NCBI GenBank assembly: GCA_965232515.1
Contig: CBDDPY010000002.1
Location: 1,024,001 to 1,088,000 of the forward strand
Length of the DNA stretch: 64,000 nucleotides
DNA from: Alphaproteobacteria bacterium
Lineage (GTDB): Bacteria; Pseudomonadota; Alphaproteobacteria; GCA-2731375
Reading direction: 5' to 3'
Shown here one piece after another: positions 1 to 10,102 of this stretch. The stretch's first letter is position 1. Every line of letters starts with the position of its first letter. A program made the position numbers and the translations under genes. Below the pieces are notes generated by a model. That model did no database searches. It had not been told where the DNA came from and worked only from the letters and a program-made list of their open reading frames with translations.

Positions 1-17
1 GGGTCGACGGCCCTGGG

Positions 18-3000
18 CTAGAACTCTTCCCACTCGTCGTCCGCCTCGGCGACCGACGCGGCAGCCGCGCCGCCGCCACCGCCACCGCCGACAGCAGCCA
101 CCTTGGTCGCAATCGTCTGCTGCTGCTGATGCACGGGGTTCGGCGCGGCGGCCGGCGCGGGGGCAGGGGCCGCGTCCAGGCCCAGCTCGTCCTCTTCGTC
201 ACCGGTCTTGAAGAAGCTCACCAGCTTCTTCAGATCGTCGACCTGCGCCGTCGTCGAGTGCAGCGCCGCCGTGGTCTCTTCCACCAGGGCCGCGTTCTGC
301 TGCGTCATCTCGTCCATGTTCGACACCGCCGTGCCGACCTCGTCCAGGCCGGACGCCTGTTCCTTGCTGGCCGCGGCGATGTCCGAGATGATGTCCGCCA
401 CCTTCTTCACCGAAGTGACGATCTCCTCCAGGGACGTGCCGGCCTTCTGCACCAGCCCGACGCCGTCGCGCACCTGGCTGTCCGAATTGCTGATCAGGTC
501 CTTGATCTCCTTCGAGGCCTTGCCCGAGCGTTGCGCCAGCGCACGGACCTCGGTGGCGACCACGGCGAAGCCTTTGCCGGCCTCGCCGGCGCGCGCCGCC
601 TCGACCGCCGCGTTCAGCGCCAAGAGGTTGGTCTGGAAGGCGATCTCGTCGATCATGCTCATGATCTCGGTGATCTGCTTCGACGAGTCCTCGATCTTGC
701 TCATGGCGTCCACCGCCGACGCCACGACCTCGCCGCCGTTCGACGCGGCATCCCGCGCCGCCACCGCCAGCTGATTGGCCTGCTGGGCGTTGTCGGCGTT
801 CTGGCGCACCGTCGCCGACAGCTCCTCCATCGAGGCCGCGGTCTCCTCCAGCGACGAGGCCTGCTGCTCGGTGCGCGACGACAGGTCGCCGGCGCCCGAT
901 GCGATCTCCGATGTGGCGTCGCTCACCGTGCCGGTGGCCGCGACGATCCGCTTGGCGATGCCGCCGATCTTCTCGGCCATCTGGTTCGAGTCACCCTTCA
1001 GCTTGGCGAAGGTGCCCTGGTAGTCGCCTTCGATACGCTGGGTCAGATCGCCCTGGGCCATCGCCGACATCACCGAGACCGTCTCGTTCAGGCCCCGGTC
1101 CACCGTGCCGACCAGCTGGTTCATGCCCTTGGCCAGCTCCAGCATGAAGCCCTGCTTGCCGGTCTCCTCCAGCCGCCGGCTGAAGTCGCCGGCGCCCGCC
1201 GCCGTCACCAGGTCCGCGACCTCGTCCTCGACCGCCAGCTGCGCCGTCACGTCGGTCCACTCGACCGAGGTCCCGGCCCGCTCGCCGCCCGGCCCGAACA
1301 CCGGCGTCACGATCAGGTCGAAGGTCAGGCCCGCGACCGAGACCCGGCCGTTATACGGTCCCTTCAGGCCGTCCAGCAGATTGCGCTGGTGCGACGGGTT
1401 CTTGTGGAACACGTCGATGTTGGTGCCGACCAGATTGTTCAGATCGAAGGCCGGCAGTTCCTGGCGGATGTCTGACTCGCGGCTGCGCATCAACTCGACC
1501 AGCGCCTTGTTGACGTAGACGATGTTGTAGTCGGCATCCGCGATCATGAAGTTCGTCGAGGCCGCGTCGAGCGTCGACTTGGCCCGCGCCATCTCTTCCT
1601 CGGTGACCAGCTTCTCGGTCACGTCCATCCACTGCACCGAGGTGGCGATGCGCTCGCCCTGGTCGTTGAAGGCCGGCGTCACCACCAGATCGAAGGTCAC
1701 GCCGCCGATCGTCAGACGGCCCTGATGCGGCTGCCGGAGGCCCGCCAGGATGCCGCGCTGATGCGCCGGGTTCTTGTGGAACACGTCGATGTTGGTGCCG
1801 ATCAGGTTCCTGGCATCGAGGTTCGGCAGGTCCTGCCGCATCTCCGCTTCGCGGCTCTCGAACAGCTCGTGCGCCGACCTGTTCATGTAGACGATGTTGT
1901 AATCGGCGTCCGCGATCATGAAGCTCGCAGACGCGTTGTCCAGCGCCGAGCGCGCCTGCGCCGCTTCTCTGCCGATTTCCCGGATCTTGTCGAGCGAACG
2001 GGCCAATTCGCCCAGCTCGTCCTTGTTGTCCATACCGGGCAGGACGACGTTCATGTCGCCGCCGGCCAACAGGCCGACGCCATCGGCGATGCTGGCGATC
2101 GGCCGGCTGATGCTTCGGGCGATCGTCCGCATCATCAGCATCAAGACCAACAAAACCAGACCGTAGCCGACCGCCATCGCCAGCAGCAGGTTTGTCGCGG
2201 CGCTCTGGTGGGAATCGGCCACATGCAGCAGGTCGGCGGCGACGCGGTCCTCCAACGCCTTCAGGACGTTGATTTTCTGCGTGATGGCATCGAACCAGAA
2301 ACCGCCTTGGATACCTTGCGTATCGCCGCTGTCGACGCTTGCGATCGCGATGTCGCGCAGCCGTTGAACTTCCTTCGCTTCCGGGCCGTTCAGCGCCGCG
2401 GTCAGCTGCTCGCCTTCGGCCGGTGTCGCAAACCGCACAAAGCTGTCGAAATAGGCCTGTTGTTGCGCGATCAGGCTGACAAAGCGCTGATAGACCGCCG
2501 GCTTGAATTGTCCGCCGCTGAAGCCGGCGGCGCCCATGGCGCGCTCGATGCCGGCGCGCTCCTTGCCTTGCAGCAGGCTGACATAGGCGTTGATCGTCGC
2601 CGTCACCTCCGGATCGGTGCTGAGCGCCGCCATCTCCTCGACGATGTCGAGCAGGCCTGCGATCGTTCCGGTGTAGTAGCCGGCCATCTGGGGCACCGAA
2701 ATCTGGAGACCGTCGATCTTGCCGCGCACGCCGGACAACTCGGCCAGGCGCGCGCTGGCTTTCCGGACCAAATCGGCGAAGTCCGGGCCAAATACAGCCG
2801 CGTCGAAGCCTTGCAGCGAAGCTTCGTATACCTCGCGCTTGCCGTTGGTTGCCTGCCGCTGGCCGCCGATGCGATCGGCGAACTTCTTGCCTTGGCTCGA
2901 CAGGAAACCCGCCGACATGCCGCGCTCTTTCTGCAGCTCATGCACGACCGCGCTGATCTCGGTGCCGAGATGCGCCAACGTCCCGATGCGGGTGGCTTCG

Positions 3001-3122
3001 TTCGACCGGTCCCAATTCTCGAAAACGGACTGGCCAACCAGGAACACCATCACGATGATCGGCAGCACCGCGGCCAGGGTCAGTCGCGTGGCGATCTTCA
3101 TATTGCTTATCAATGTCGTCAC
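18..3122 (-). CDS. Membrane-bound Aer2-like chemoreceptor (MCP1): NIT sensor, HAMP, 2x PAS-heme, HAMPs, methyl-accepting domain, C-terminal EWEEF
   Basis: Two TM segments flank NIT motifs ([31 protein letters not shown]). Two [12 protein letters not shown] PAS repeats; [27 protein letters not shown] hairpin tip. Confidence 0.92.
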   Translation of the reverse strand: MTTLISNMKIATRLTLAAVLPIIVMVFLVGQSVFENWDRSNEATRIGTLAHLGTEISAVVHELQKERGMSAGFLSSQGKKFADRIGGQRQATNGKREVYEASLQGFDAAVFGPDFADLVRKASARLAELSGVRGKIDGLQISVPQMAGYYTGTIAGLLDIVEEMAALSTDPEVTATINAYVSLLQGKERAGIERAMGAAGFSGGQFKPAVYQRFVSLIAQQQAYFDSFVRFATPAEGEQLTAALNGPEAKEVQRLRDIAIASVDSGDTQGIQGGFWFDAITQKINVLKALEDRVAADLLHVADSHQSAATNLLLAMAVGYGLVLLVLMLMMRTIARSISRPIASIADGVGLLAGGDMNVVLPGMDNKDELGELARSLDKIREIGREAAQARSALDNASASFMIADADYNIVYMNRSAHELFESREAEMRQDLPNLDARNLIGTNIDVFHKNPAHQRGILAGLRQPHQGRLTIGGVTFDLVVTPAFNDQGERIATSVQWMDVTEKLVTEEEMARAKSTLDAASTNFMIADADYNIVYVNKALVELMRSRESDIRQELPAFDLNNLVGTNIDVFHKNPSHQRNLLDGLKGPYNGRVSVAGLTFDLIVTPVFGPGGERAGTSVEWTDVTAQLAVEDEVADLVTAAGAGDFSRRLEETGKQGFMLELAKGMNQLVGTVDRGLNETVSVMSAMAQGDLTQRIEGDYQGTFAKLKGDSNQMAEKIGGIAKRIVAATGTVSDATSEIASGAGDLSSRTEQQASSLEETAASMEELSATVRQNADNAQQANQLAVAARDAASNGGEVVASAVDAMSKIEDSSKQITEIMSMIDEIAFQTNLLALNAAVEAARAGEAGKGFAVVATEVRALAQRSGKASKEIKDLISNSDSQVRDGVGLVQKAGTSLEEIVTSVKKVADIISDIAAASKEQASGLDEVGTAVSNMDEMTQQNAALVEETTAALHSTTAQVDDLKKLVSFFKTGDEEDELGLDAAPAPAPAAAPNPVHQQQQTIATKVAAVGGGGGGGAAAASVAEADDEWEEF

Positions 3123-3450
3123 AACGGCACCTTGAAATGCTTTTGTTTGCCCTGCCGCGCCGCGTCCTTGTCAATCAGACCGGGTGACGGCGAGCGTTTC
3201 GTATCGCTCGAATTCGAGCCCAAGGTGCCAATGCGATCTAAAAAATCTCTAAAAATCTCAAAATACCGGATTGTCTAATATTTATGGCCTGCAGGAGCAG
3301 TTTTGCGCCTGTAACAGGATCAGAAGTTTTCGTCGAAGTGTTCCGGCCGCGGACGAGCGCCGATCCAACAAAAAGGCTGCTTCACCAATAGCGGATGAAA
3401 ACATACGGCCACCGTCTGGCCCCTCCACAAGCGCCCCTCGGAAGATGGCG

Positions 3451-3481
3451 AAAACCCGGCCACAGAGACCTGTAGCCGGGC
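3451..3481 (-). terminator. Intrinsic terminator after MCP2
   Basis: Minus strand GCCCGGCTACAG-GTCT-CTGTGGCCGGGT followed by TTT, about 30 nt after the stop codon. Confidence 0.7.
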
Positions 3482-3509
3482 TTTGCTCAATCAAAGACGC
3501 CCGGCGGGA

Positions 3510-6302
3510 TCAGAACTCTTCCCAGTCGTCGTCGGCTGGTTCGGCGGCGGCCGCAGCCGCGCCGCCACCGCCGCCGACCGTGGCCACCTTGGTCTCCAGC
3601 TTTTTTTGCTGCCGGTGAACCGGATTGCCGCCGGCCGTCGCCAGGGCCGGGGCGGGGGCAGCATCGAGGTCCAACTCGCCCTCTTCCTCGCCGGTCTTGA
3701 AGAAGCGCACGAGCTTCTTCAGATCATCGGTCTGGCCGGTCATCGAATGCAGCGCCGCCGTGGTCTCCTCCACCAGGGCCGCGTTCTGCTGCGTCATCTC
3801 ATCCATGTTTGTCACCGCCGTACCGACCTCGTCGATCCCCGAGGCCTGCTCCTTGCTGGCCGCGGCAATATCCGAGATGATGTCCGCGACCTTCCTTACC
3901 GAGGTGACGATCTCTTCCAGGGACGTGCCGGCCTTCTGCACCAGCCCGACGCCGTCGCGGACCTGGCTGTCCGAGTTGCTGATCAGGTCCTTGATCTCTT
4001 TCGAGGCCCGGCCCGAGCGCTGCGCCAGGGCACGGACTTCCGTGGCGACAACGGCGAAGCCCTTGCCGGCCTCGCCGGCGCGCGCCGCCTCGACCGCCGC
4101 GTTCAAGGCCAAGAGGTTGGTCTGGAAGGCGATCTCGTCGATCATGCCCATGATCTCGGTGATCTGCTTGGACGAGTCCTCGATCTTGCCCATGGCGTCC
4201 ACCGCCGAGGCCACGACCTCGCCGCCGTTCGACGCCGCGTCGCGGGCGGCGACGGCAAGCTGATTGGCCTGCTGGGCGTTGTCGGCGTTCTGGCGCACCG
4301 TCGCCGACAGCTGCTCCATCGAAGCCGCGGTCTCTTCCAGCGACGAGGCCTGCTGCTCGGTGCGCGACGACAGGTCGCCGGCGCCGGCCGCGATCTCGGC
4401 GTTGGCATCGCTGACCGTACCCGTTGCCGCGACGATCCGCTTGGCGATGCCGCTGATCTTCTCGGCCATTTGGTTCGAGTCGTCCTTGAGCTTCAGGAAG
4501 GTGCCCCGATAGTCGCCTTCGATGCGCCGGGTCAGGTCGCCCTGGGCCATCGCCGACATCACCGACACCGTCTCGTTCAGACCGCGGTCGACGGTGGCGA
4601 CCAACTCGTTCATGCCCTTTGCCAGCTCCAGCATGAAGCCCTGCTTGCCGTCTTCGGCCAGCCGCCGGCTGAAGTCGCCGGCGCCCGCCGAGGCAACAAG
4701 GCCAGCCACTTCTTCCTCGACCGCCAGCTGCGCCGTTATGTCGGTCCACTCGACGGAGGTGCCGACACGCTCGCCATCCGCACCGAAAACCGGCGTCAGG
4801 ACAAGATCGAAGGTCAGGCCGGCGACGGCGATACGGCTACGGTGCGTCAAGCGCAACCCCTCCAGGATGCCGCGCTGGTGCGACGGGTTCTTGTGGAACA
4901 CATCGATGTTGGTGCCGATCAGGGTGTTCAGATCGAAGGCCGGCAACTCCTTGCGGATGTCGCTCTCCCGACTGCGGAACAGCTCGATCAGGGCCTTGTT
5001 CACATAGACGATGTTGTAGTCGGCATCCGAGATCATGAAGTTGGTCGAGGAGCTGTCCATCGTCGCCTTGGCGCGCGCCGCCTCGGTCTCGATCGCCAGC
5101 TTTTCGGTAATGTCCGTCCATTGCACCGCGGTACCGATGCGCGCGCCGGTCGGACTGAAGGCCGGCGTCATCACCAGATCGAAAGTCAGACCGGCAATCG
5201 CCAGCCGGCTCTCATGCGGCTGTCTGAGACCGTCCAGAATGCCGCGCTGATGTGACGGGTTCTTGTGGAATACGTCGATGCTGGTGCCGATCAGGTTCTT
5301 CGCGTCCAGATTCGGCAACTGTTGCCGCAGCTCGGCCTCGCGGCGCTCGAACAGCCGGCGGGCGGCGTCGTTCGTATAGACAATATTGTAGTCGGCGTCC
5401 GCCATCATGAAGCAGGCCGACGCGCCCTCGAGCGCCGACTGCGAGCGGGCGGCGACAACCGCGCTATCTCGGAAAGCCGACAGAGCGCCGGCCATCTGAC
5501 CGATTTCGTCACCCCGGCCCAGACCGGCAATGTCGAAGTCGAAGTTGCCCCGGTCCATCTCGGCGAAATTCTCGGTCACGGCACCGATCGGCCGGACCGT
5601 CGAGCGAACCATGACCAGACCGGCAATCGCGCCGACGCTGACCGCCACGACCGACACCACCAACAGCATGATCAGGCCAGCCTTTTCGTCTCGCTCGGCC
5701 TTCAACGCCGACGCCGCGGTGAATTCGGCCAGTTCCAGCAGCTGCTCCTCGAGCCGGTGGTTCAAGGCGTCTTCCTCGGCCTCGACCTCAAGGGCGGCCT
5801 CGATCGCCCGGGCGACCTCACCGGCCTCGAGCATGGCGATAACGGCAAGCGCGTGTTCGTCGAAGCGGTCGTGCGCGACCGCGATTTCCCGCAAAGTCGT
5901 CGTCACACGAGCGAATTCGGCCTTTGCCGCCGCGCTGTGCGCCAGCGATTGAACCTCGCTCGCCAACACAGAAGCCTCACGCAGTTCCTTGTCGACCTGG
6001 GCGGCCAGTTCCTCGAAACGGTGCTTTGATTCCTTGAAGTGGCCGATGGCGTTCTCGTTGACCTGCATCTCCTCGCCGAACCGCAACGACCGCTCGAGCG
6101 CGATCGACTGCTCGAGCTGGTGAAGAGAGATTTTCATCAAGGCATTGGTAAGTGGAATGTCGACCTCGGCGACTTCCTCCAGCTCCAATCCGATCTTCTG
6201 CATCTTTGCGGCGCCAATCGTGGCAATGATCACGCTGATCGCCAGCAGACCGCCGATCAAGCCATAGAACTTCGTTGAAATCCTCACGTTCGAGAGGCGC
6301 AT
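3510..6302 (-). CDS. Membrane-bound Aer2-like chemoreceptor (MCP2): helical four-helix-bundle-like sensor, HAMP, 2x PAS-heme, MA domain, DWEEF
   Basis: TM / helical periplasmic region / TM; two [12 protein letters not shown] domains; MCP signalling motif. Confidence 0.9.
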   Translation of the reverse strand: MRLSNVRISTKFYGLIGGLLAISVIIATIGAAKMQKIGLELEEVAEVDIPLTNALMKISLHQLEQSIALERSLRFGEEMQVNENAIGHFKESKHRFEELAAQVDKELREASVLASEVQSLAHSAAAKAEFARVTTTLREIAVAHDRFDEHALAVIAMLEAGEVARAIEAALEVEAEEDALNHRLEEQLLELAEFTAASALKAERDEKAGLIMLLVVSVVAVSVGAIAGLVMVRSTVRPIGAVTENFAEMDRGNFDFDIAGLGRGDEIGQMAGALSAFRDSAVVAARSQSALEGASACFMMADADYNIVYTNDAARRLFERREAELRQQLPNLDAKNLIGTSIDVFHKNPSHQRGILDGLRQPHESRLAIAGLTFDLVMTPAFSPTGARIGTAVQWTDITEKLAIETEAARAKATMDSSSTNFMISDADYNIVYVNKALIELFRSRESDIRKELPAFDLNTLIGTNIDVFHKNPSHQRGILEGLRLTHRSRIAVAGLTFDLVLTPVFGADGERVGTSVEWTDITAQLAVEEEVAGLVASAGAGDFSRRLAEDGKQGFMLELAKGMNELVATVDRGLNETVSVMSAMAQGDLTRRIEGDYRGTFLKLKDDSNQMAEKISGIAKRIVAATGTVSDANAEIAAGAGDLSSRTEQQASSLEETAASMEQLSATVRQNADNAQQANQLAVAARDAASNGGEVVASAVDAMGKIEDSSKQITEIMGMIDEIAFQTNLLALNAAVEAARAGEAGKGFAVVATEVRALAQRSGRASKEIKDLISNSDSQVRDGVGLVQKAGTSLEEIVTSVRKVADIISDIAAASKEQASGIDEVGTAVTNMDEMTQQNAALVEETTAALHSMTGQTDDLKKLVRFFKTGEEEGELDLDAAPAPALATAGGNPVHRQQKKLETKVATVGGGGGAAAAAAEPADDDWEEF

Positions 6303-6652
6303 GGCATAACCCCCATCAATTCGAATTGAATGTCAGAAATCTCGTTTCGACGCGACGCCGGAACCGGCTCGGCTTTCGTCCGGGCGCCGGTTCGGCGGCT
6401 GTTCGTTTCTGCGACGAGAGGGGCCGACAGACGGCCTGGCGCTTGCAATTGCCGCAGTCGGCAACGCGCTCTGAACTGTCTTCCAGTTCGACATACGGCT
6501 ATGGACCCCCAGCATCGCCGGCCGGAACTGTTATGGCGGAAAGTCCGCCCATTCCGGATTGCGAGAACAACGCTGGGATAGTCCGAAAGCGGTGAACATA
6601 CGCTTAATGTTGTTCTGTTGTGTGAAATATAGATGCAACTTGCGGGTGGATT

Positions 6653-6666
6653 TTGACTCAAATCAA
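6653..6666. promoter_or_regulatory. FNR/FixK-like box upstream of MCP2
   Basis: TTGACTCAAATCAA is one mismatch from TTGAT-N4-ATCAA and lies in the AT-rich part of the spacer. Confidence 0.45.
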
Positions 6667-7067
6667 ACGAGAAATACTTTATCAAGATACAATTTTACTT
6701 TGCTAGCAATCCCGCGACGCAATACTCGGATGACTCTTATCGAAGCCGAAACCGGCATGGCTCGCTCGGTCGGCTCTGCCATGAGAAAGCGGGGCGATCC
6801 CTTGACGACATGCCAACCCGGACGACGATCTTGCATCGATCGACAATCTGTTTTTGACGAACGATCAGTTTGTCAGCGTCGCATTGGACAAAGGTACGAT
6901 CGAACCATGCCATCGCCTTCAATTGGCCGATGCTGAAACACCAATCGGGTGCCAGCCCGAGATTGGGCGGTCTGCCGGAACGTGTCGTGAAGCCCCTACG
7001 GTCTCCTTTGGTTCGGCCGTCCGGTTAACTGGCCGCGCCCTTCGTTCTGAACGGCGCCTGAATAAGC

Positions 7068-9860
7068 CTAATACTCCTGCCAGTCGCCGTCGGCCGGTTC
7101 GATGACAGTTGCCGCGGGGGCAGCGCTGCCGCCGACGGCGGCCACCTTGGTTTCCAGCGTCTTTTGCTGTTGATGAACCGGATTGCCGTCGGGCGTCGGC
7201 AGGGTCGGGGCAGAGGCCGCGTCGAGATCCAGCTCGTCCTCTTCCTTGCCGGTCTTGAAGAAGCGCACCAGCGTCTTCAGATCGTCGATCTGGCCAGTCA
7301 TCGAGTGCAGCGCCGCCGTGGTCTCCTCCACCAGGGCCGCGTTCTGCTGCGTCATCTCGTCCATGTTCGACACCGCCGTGCCGACCTCGTCGATGCCCGA
7401 GGCCTGTTCCTTGCTGGCCGCGGCGATGTCCGAGATGATGTCCGCCACCTTCTTCACCGAGGTGACGATCTCTTCCAGGGACGTGCCGGCCTTCTGCACC
7501 AGACCGACGCCGTCGCGGACTTGGCTGTCCGAGTTGCCGATCAGCTCCTTGATCTCCTTCGAGGCCTTGCCCGAGCGCTGCGCCAGCGCCCGGACCTCGG
7601 TGGCGACAACGGCGAAGCCCTTGCCGGCTTCGCCGGCCCGCGCCGCCTCGACCGCCGCGTTCAAGGCCAAGAGGTTGGTCTGGAAGGCGATCTCGTCGAT
7701 CATGCCCATGATCTCGGTGATCTGCTTCGACGAGCTCTCGATCTTGCTCATGGCGTCCACCGCCGAGGCCACGACCTCGCCGCCGTTCGACGCCGCGTCG
7801 CGGGCCGCGACGGCAAGCTGGTTCGCCTGCTGAGCGTTGTCGGCGTTCTGGCGCACCGTGGCCGACAGCTCCTCCATCGAAGCCGCGGTCTCTTCCAGCG
7901 ACGAGGCCTGCTGCTCGGTGCGCGACGAGAGATCCCCGGCGCCCGACGCGATCTCCGACGTCGCGTCGCTGACCGTGCCGGTCGCGCCGACGATCCGCTT
8001 GGCGATGCCGCCGATCTTCTCGGCCATCTGGTTCGAGTCGTCCTTGAGCTTCAGGAAGGTGCCCCGATAGTCGCCTTCGATGCGCCGGGTCAGATCGCCC
8101 TGGGCCATGGCCGACATCACCGAGACCGTCTCGTTCAGGCCGCGGTCGACGGTGCCGACCAGCTCGTTCATGCCTTTCGCCAGCTCCAGCATGAAGCCCT
8201 GCTTGCCGGCTTCTTCCAGCCTAGTGCTGAAGTCGCCGGCGCCGGCCGCCTGCACCAGTTCAGCGATCTCGTGCTCAACCGCGAGCTGCGCCGTCACATC
8301 GGACCATTCCACCGAGGTGCCGACACGCTCGCCGCCCGGCCCGAACACCGGCGTCACTGTCAGGTCGAAAGTCAGGTCCGCGACCGTGATCCGGCCGTAA
8401 TGCGGCGCCGTCAGACCGTCCAACAGGTTGCGCTGATGTGACGGGTTCTTGTGGAACACGTCGATATCGGTGCCGACCAGGTTGTTCAGGTCGAACGCCG
8501 GCAACTCCTGACGAATCTCGCCCTCGCGGCCGCGGAACAACTCGACCAGCGCCTTGTTGATATAGACGATGTTGTAGTCGGCGTCCGCGATCATGAAATT
8601 GGTCGACGTGCCGTCTATGGTCGCCTTGGCCCGCGCCATCTCCTCTTCCGTCGCCAGCTTCTCGGTGATGTCGGTCCATTGAACCGAGGTGGCGATACGC
8701 TCGCCCTTGTCGTTGAAGGCCGGCGTCACGATCAGATCGAAGACCACGCCGCCGATCGTGAGGCGGCTTTCGTGCGGTTGCCGCAGCCCGTCCAGGATGC
8801 CGCGCTGATGCGCCGGGTTCTCGTGGAACATGTCGATGTTGGCGCCGATCAGGTTCCTGGCATCGAGGTTCGGCAGATCCTGCCGCATCTCCGCCTCGCG
8901 CGCCTCGAACAGTTCCTGGGCCGATTGGTTCACGTAGACGATGTTGAAATCGGCATCGGCAATCATGAAGTTCGCCGATGCATTGTCCAACGCCGACTGC
9001 GCCCGCGCGGCTACAGCGCCCGTCTCTTGTATCTCGACCAAAGCTCGCGCCAGGCCGCCAATTTCATCCGCACGGTCTGCCGCAGGTAGGTGCAGAGAAC
9101 TGACACCCGCTTTCACGTCTTGCACATAGGAAGCCATGCGCGACAGTGGCTGCGTGACAAGACGAGTCGCCGCACTCGACACGGCGACAAGAACGATGCC
9201 GGCAAACAGAATTGCAATCATGATGACGTTGGTCAGTTCCTGACCGGCCGCCAACTGACCATCAATGGCCGTTGAAACCTCAAGAATGCCGCGAACATCG
9301 CCAAGCCGCCAATCGGCCTTTGGTGTATCGGGGTGGGAATTGTGACAGTCAACGCAGCCCTGCAACTGCATACGGTCGGCAATCGCGACGCGGACCGTTT
9401 CCTTCCCATCGACCGTTTCACGGCGGACGAAAGTCGTGTCTGGATTGCTATTGAGGTATTCCCACGCCTGTTGCTGGAAATCGTCCAACCGGCGATCGGT
9501 ACGGTTAGGAAATGGATAGGCGCTGTAGAGATTTATTGTCGTGTCCCGCTCTCGCAACAATCGACTCAGATCATGAATGAACGTCGCCGGCAGGGGGATG
9601 GCGTTCGGATCCGCGGCGTGATTGATGCTGGGCTTCAGGGCACCGCTTTTCTTCGCTTTGACAATCACGTTTTTGGTGTAGTAGCCGCGAATGGTCTTGA
9701 ACTGATTGACAGTTTCCGTCGCTGACAACGCGGCGGCGTCGGTGGCATTCGACGCGATAATCCGCGGAATGAGCAACCCGGCCGAAATCACCAGAATCAA
9801 TAAGGCGATTGGAGTTGGAAGTATAAGTTTCCAAGCTAGACGTCGAGAAAGAAATTTCAT
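7068..9860 (-). CDS. Membrane-bound Aer2-like chemoreceptor (MCP3): DUF3365 c-type heme sensor, HAMP, 2x PAS-heme, MA domain, DWQEY
   Basis: Periplasmic IPLPATF...YSAYPFPNR...CVDCHNSHP...GDVRGILEV (CxxCH at 9342-9356). Start placed at ATG 9860 after a GGGGG RBS-like run. Confidence 0.9.
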   Translation of the reverse strand: MKFLSRRLAWKLILPTPIALLILVISAGLLIPRIIASNATDAAALSATETVNQFKTIRGYYTKNVIVKAKKSGALKPSINHAADPNAIPLPATFIHDLSRLLRERDTTINLYSAYPFPNRTDRRLDDFQQQAWEYLNSNPDTTFVRRETVDGKETVRVAIADRMQLQGCVDCHNSHPDTPKADWRLGDVRGILEVSTAIDGQLAAGQELTNVIMIAILFAGIVLVAVSSAATRLVTQPLSRMASYVQDVKAGVSSLHLPAADRADEIGGLARALVEIQETGAVAARAQSALDNASANFMIADADFNIVYVNQSAQELFEAREAEMRQDLPNLDARNLIGANIDMFHENPAHQRGILDGLRQPHESRLTIGGVVFDLIVTPAFNDKGERIATSVQWTDITEKLATEEEMARAKATIDGTSTNFMIADADYNIVYINKALVELFRGREGEIRQELPAFDLNNLVGTDIDVFHKNPSHQRNLLDGLTAPHYGRITVADLTFDLTVTPVFGPGGERVGTSVEWSDVTAQLAVEHEIAELVQAAGAGDFSTRLEEAGKQGFMLELAKGMNELVGTVDRGLNETVSVMSAMAQGDLTRRIEGDYRGTFLKLKDDSNQMAEKIGGIAKRIVGATGTVSDATSEIASGAGDLSSRTEQQASSLEETAASMEELSATVRQNADNAQQANQLAVAARDAASNGGEVVASAVDAMSKIESSSKQITEIMGMIDEIAFQTNLLALNAAVEAARAGEAGKGFAVVATEVRALAQRSGKASKEIKELIGNSDSQVRDGVGLVQKAGTSLEEIVTSVKKVADIISDIAAASKEQASGIDEVGTAVSNMDEMTQQNAALVEETTAALHSMTGQIDDLKTLVRFFKTGKEEDELDLDAASAPTLPTPDGNPVHQQQKTLETKVAAVGGSAAPAATVIEPADGDWQEY
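7894..8208. repeat. About 315-bp exact repeat shared by MCP3 and MCP4 (copy at 10923-11237)
   Basis: Base-by-base reading found no mismatch at offset 3029. It is part of roughly 2-kb near-identical 3' modules in all four MCP genes. Confidence 0.85.
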
Positions 9861-10037
9861 AATGAAGACCCCCATGATTTCAAAAAACATTAGATATTTT
9901 TAATAAATAAAATACTAAATTAGATGACTACTTTGCTTGCATTTGTACTCATCTGCACCATAGAACTATTTATGAGTGCAATTTCTCTGGATTAAACAAT
10001 TTTTGATAACACCTCCTCGAAAGTAGAGTTGTCAGAC

Positions 10038-10070
10038 AAAAGGGCCCGGCCGCATTGGCTGCAGCCGGGC
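10038..10070 (-). terminator. Intrinsic terminator after MCP4
   Basis: Minus strand GCCCGGCTGCA-GCCAA-TGCGGCCGGGC followed by CCTTTT. Confidence 0.7.
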
Positions 10071-10102
10071 ATATGGGCTCCCAAGGGATTGGAAGAGGGG
10101 GG

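Noticed and set aside
9992-10006. CtrA boxes (TTAA-N7-TTAA) upstream of MCP genes, e.g. TTAA-N7-TTGA here and CTAA-N7-CTAA at 3238-3252
   Set aside because: Only mismatched versions in AT-rich DNA; not distinguishable from chance by eye.
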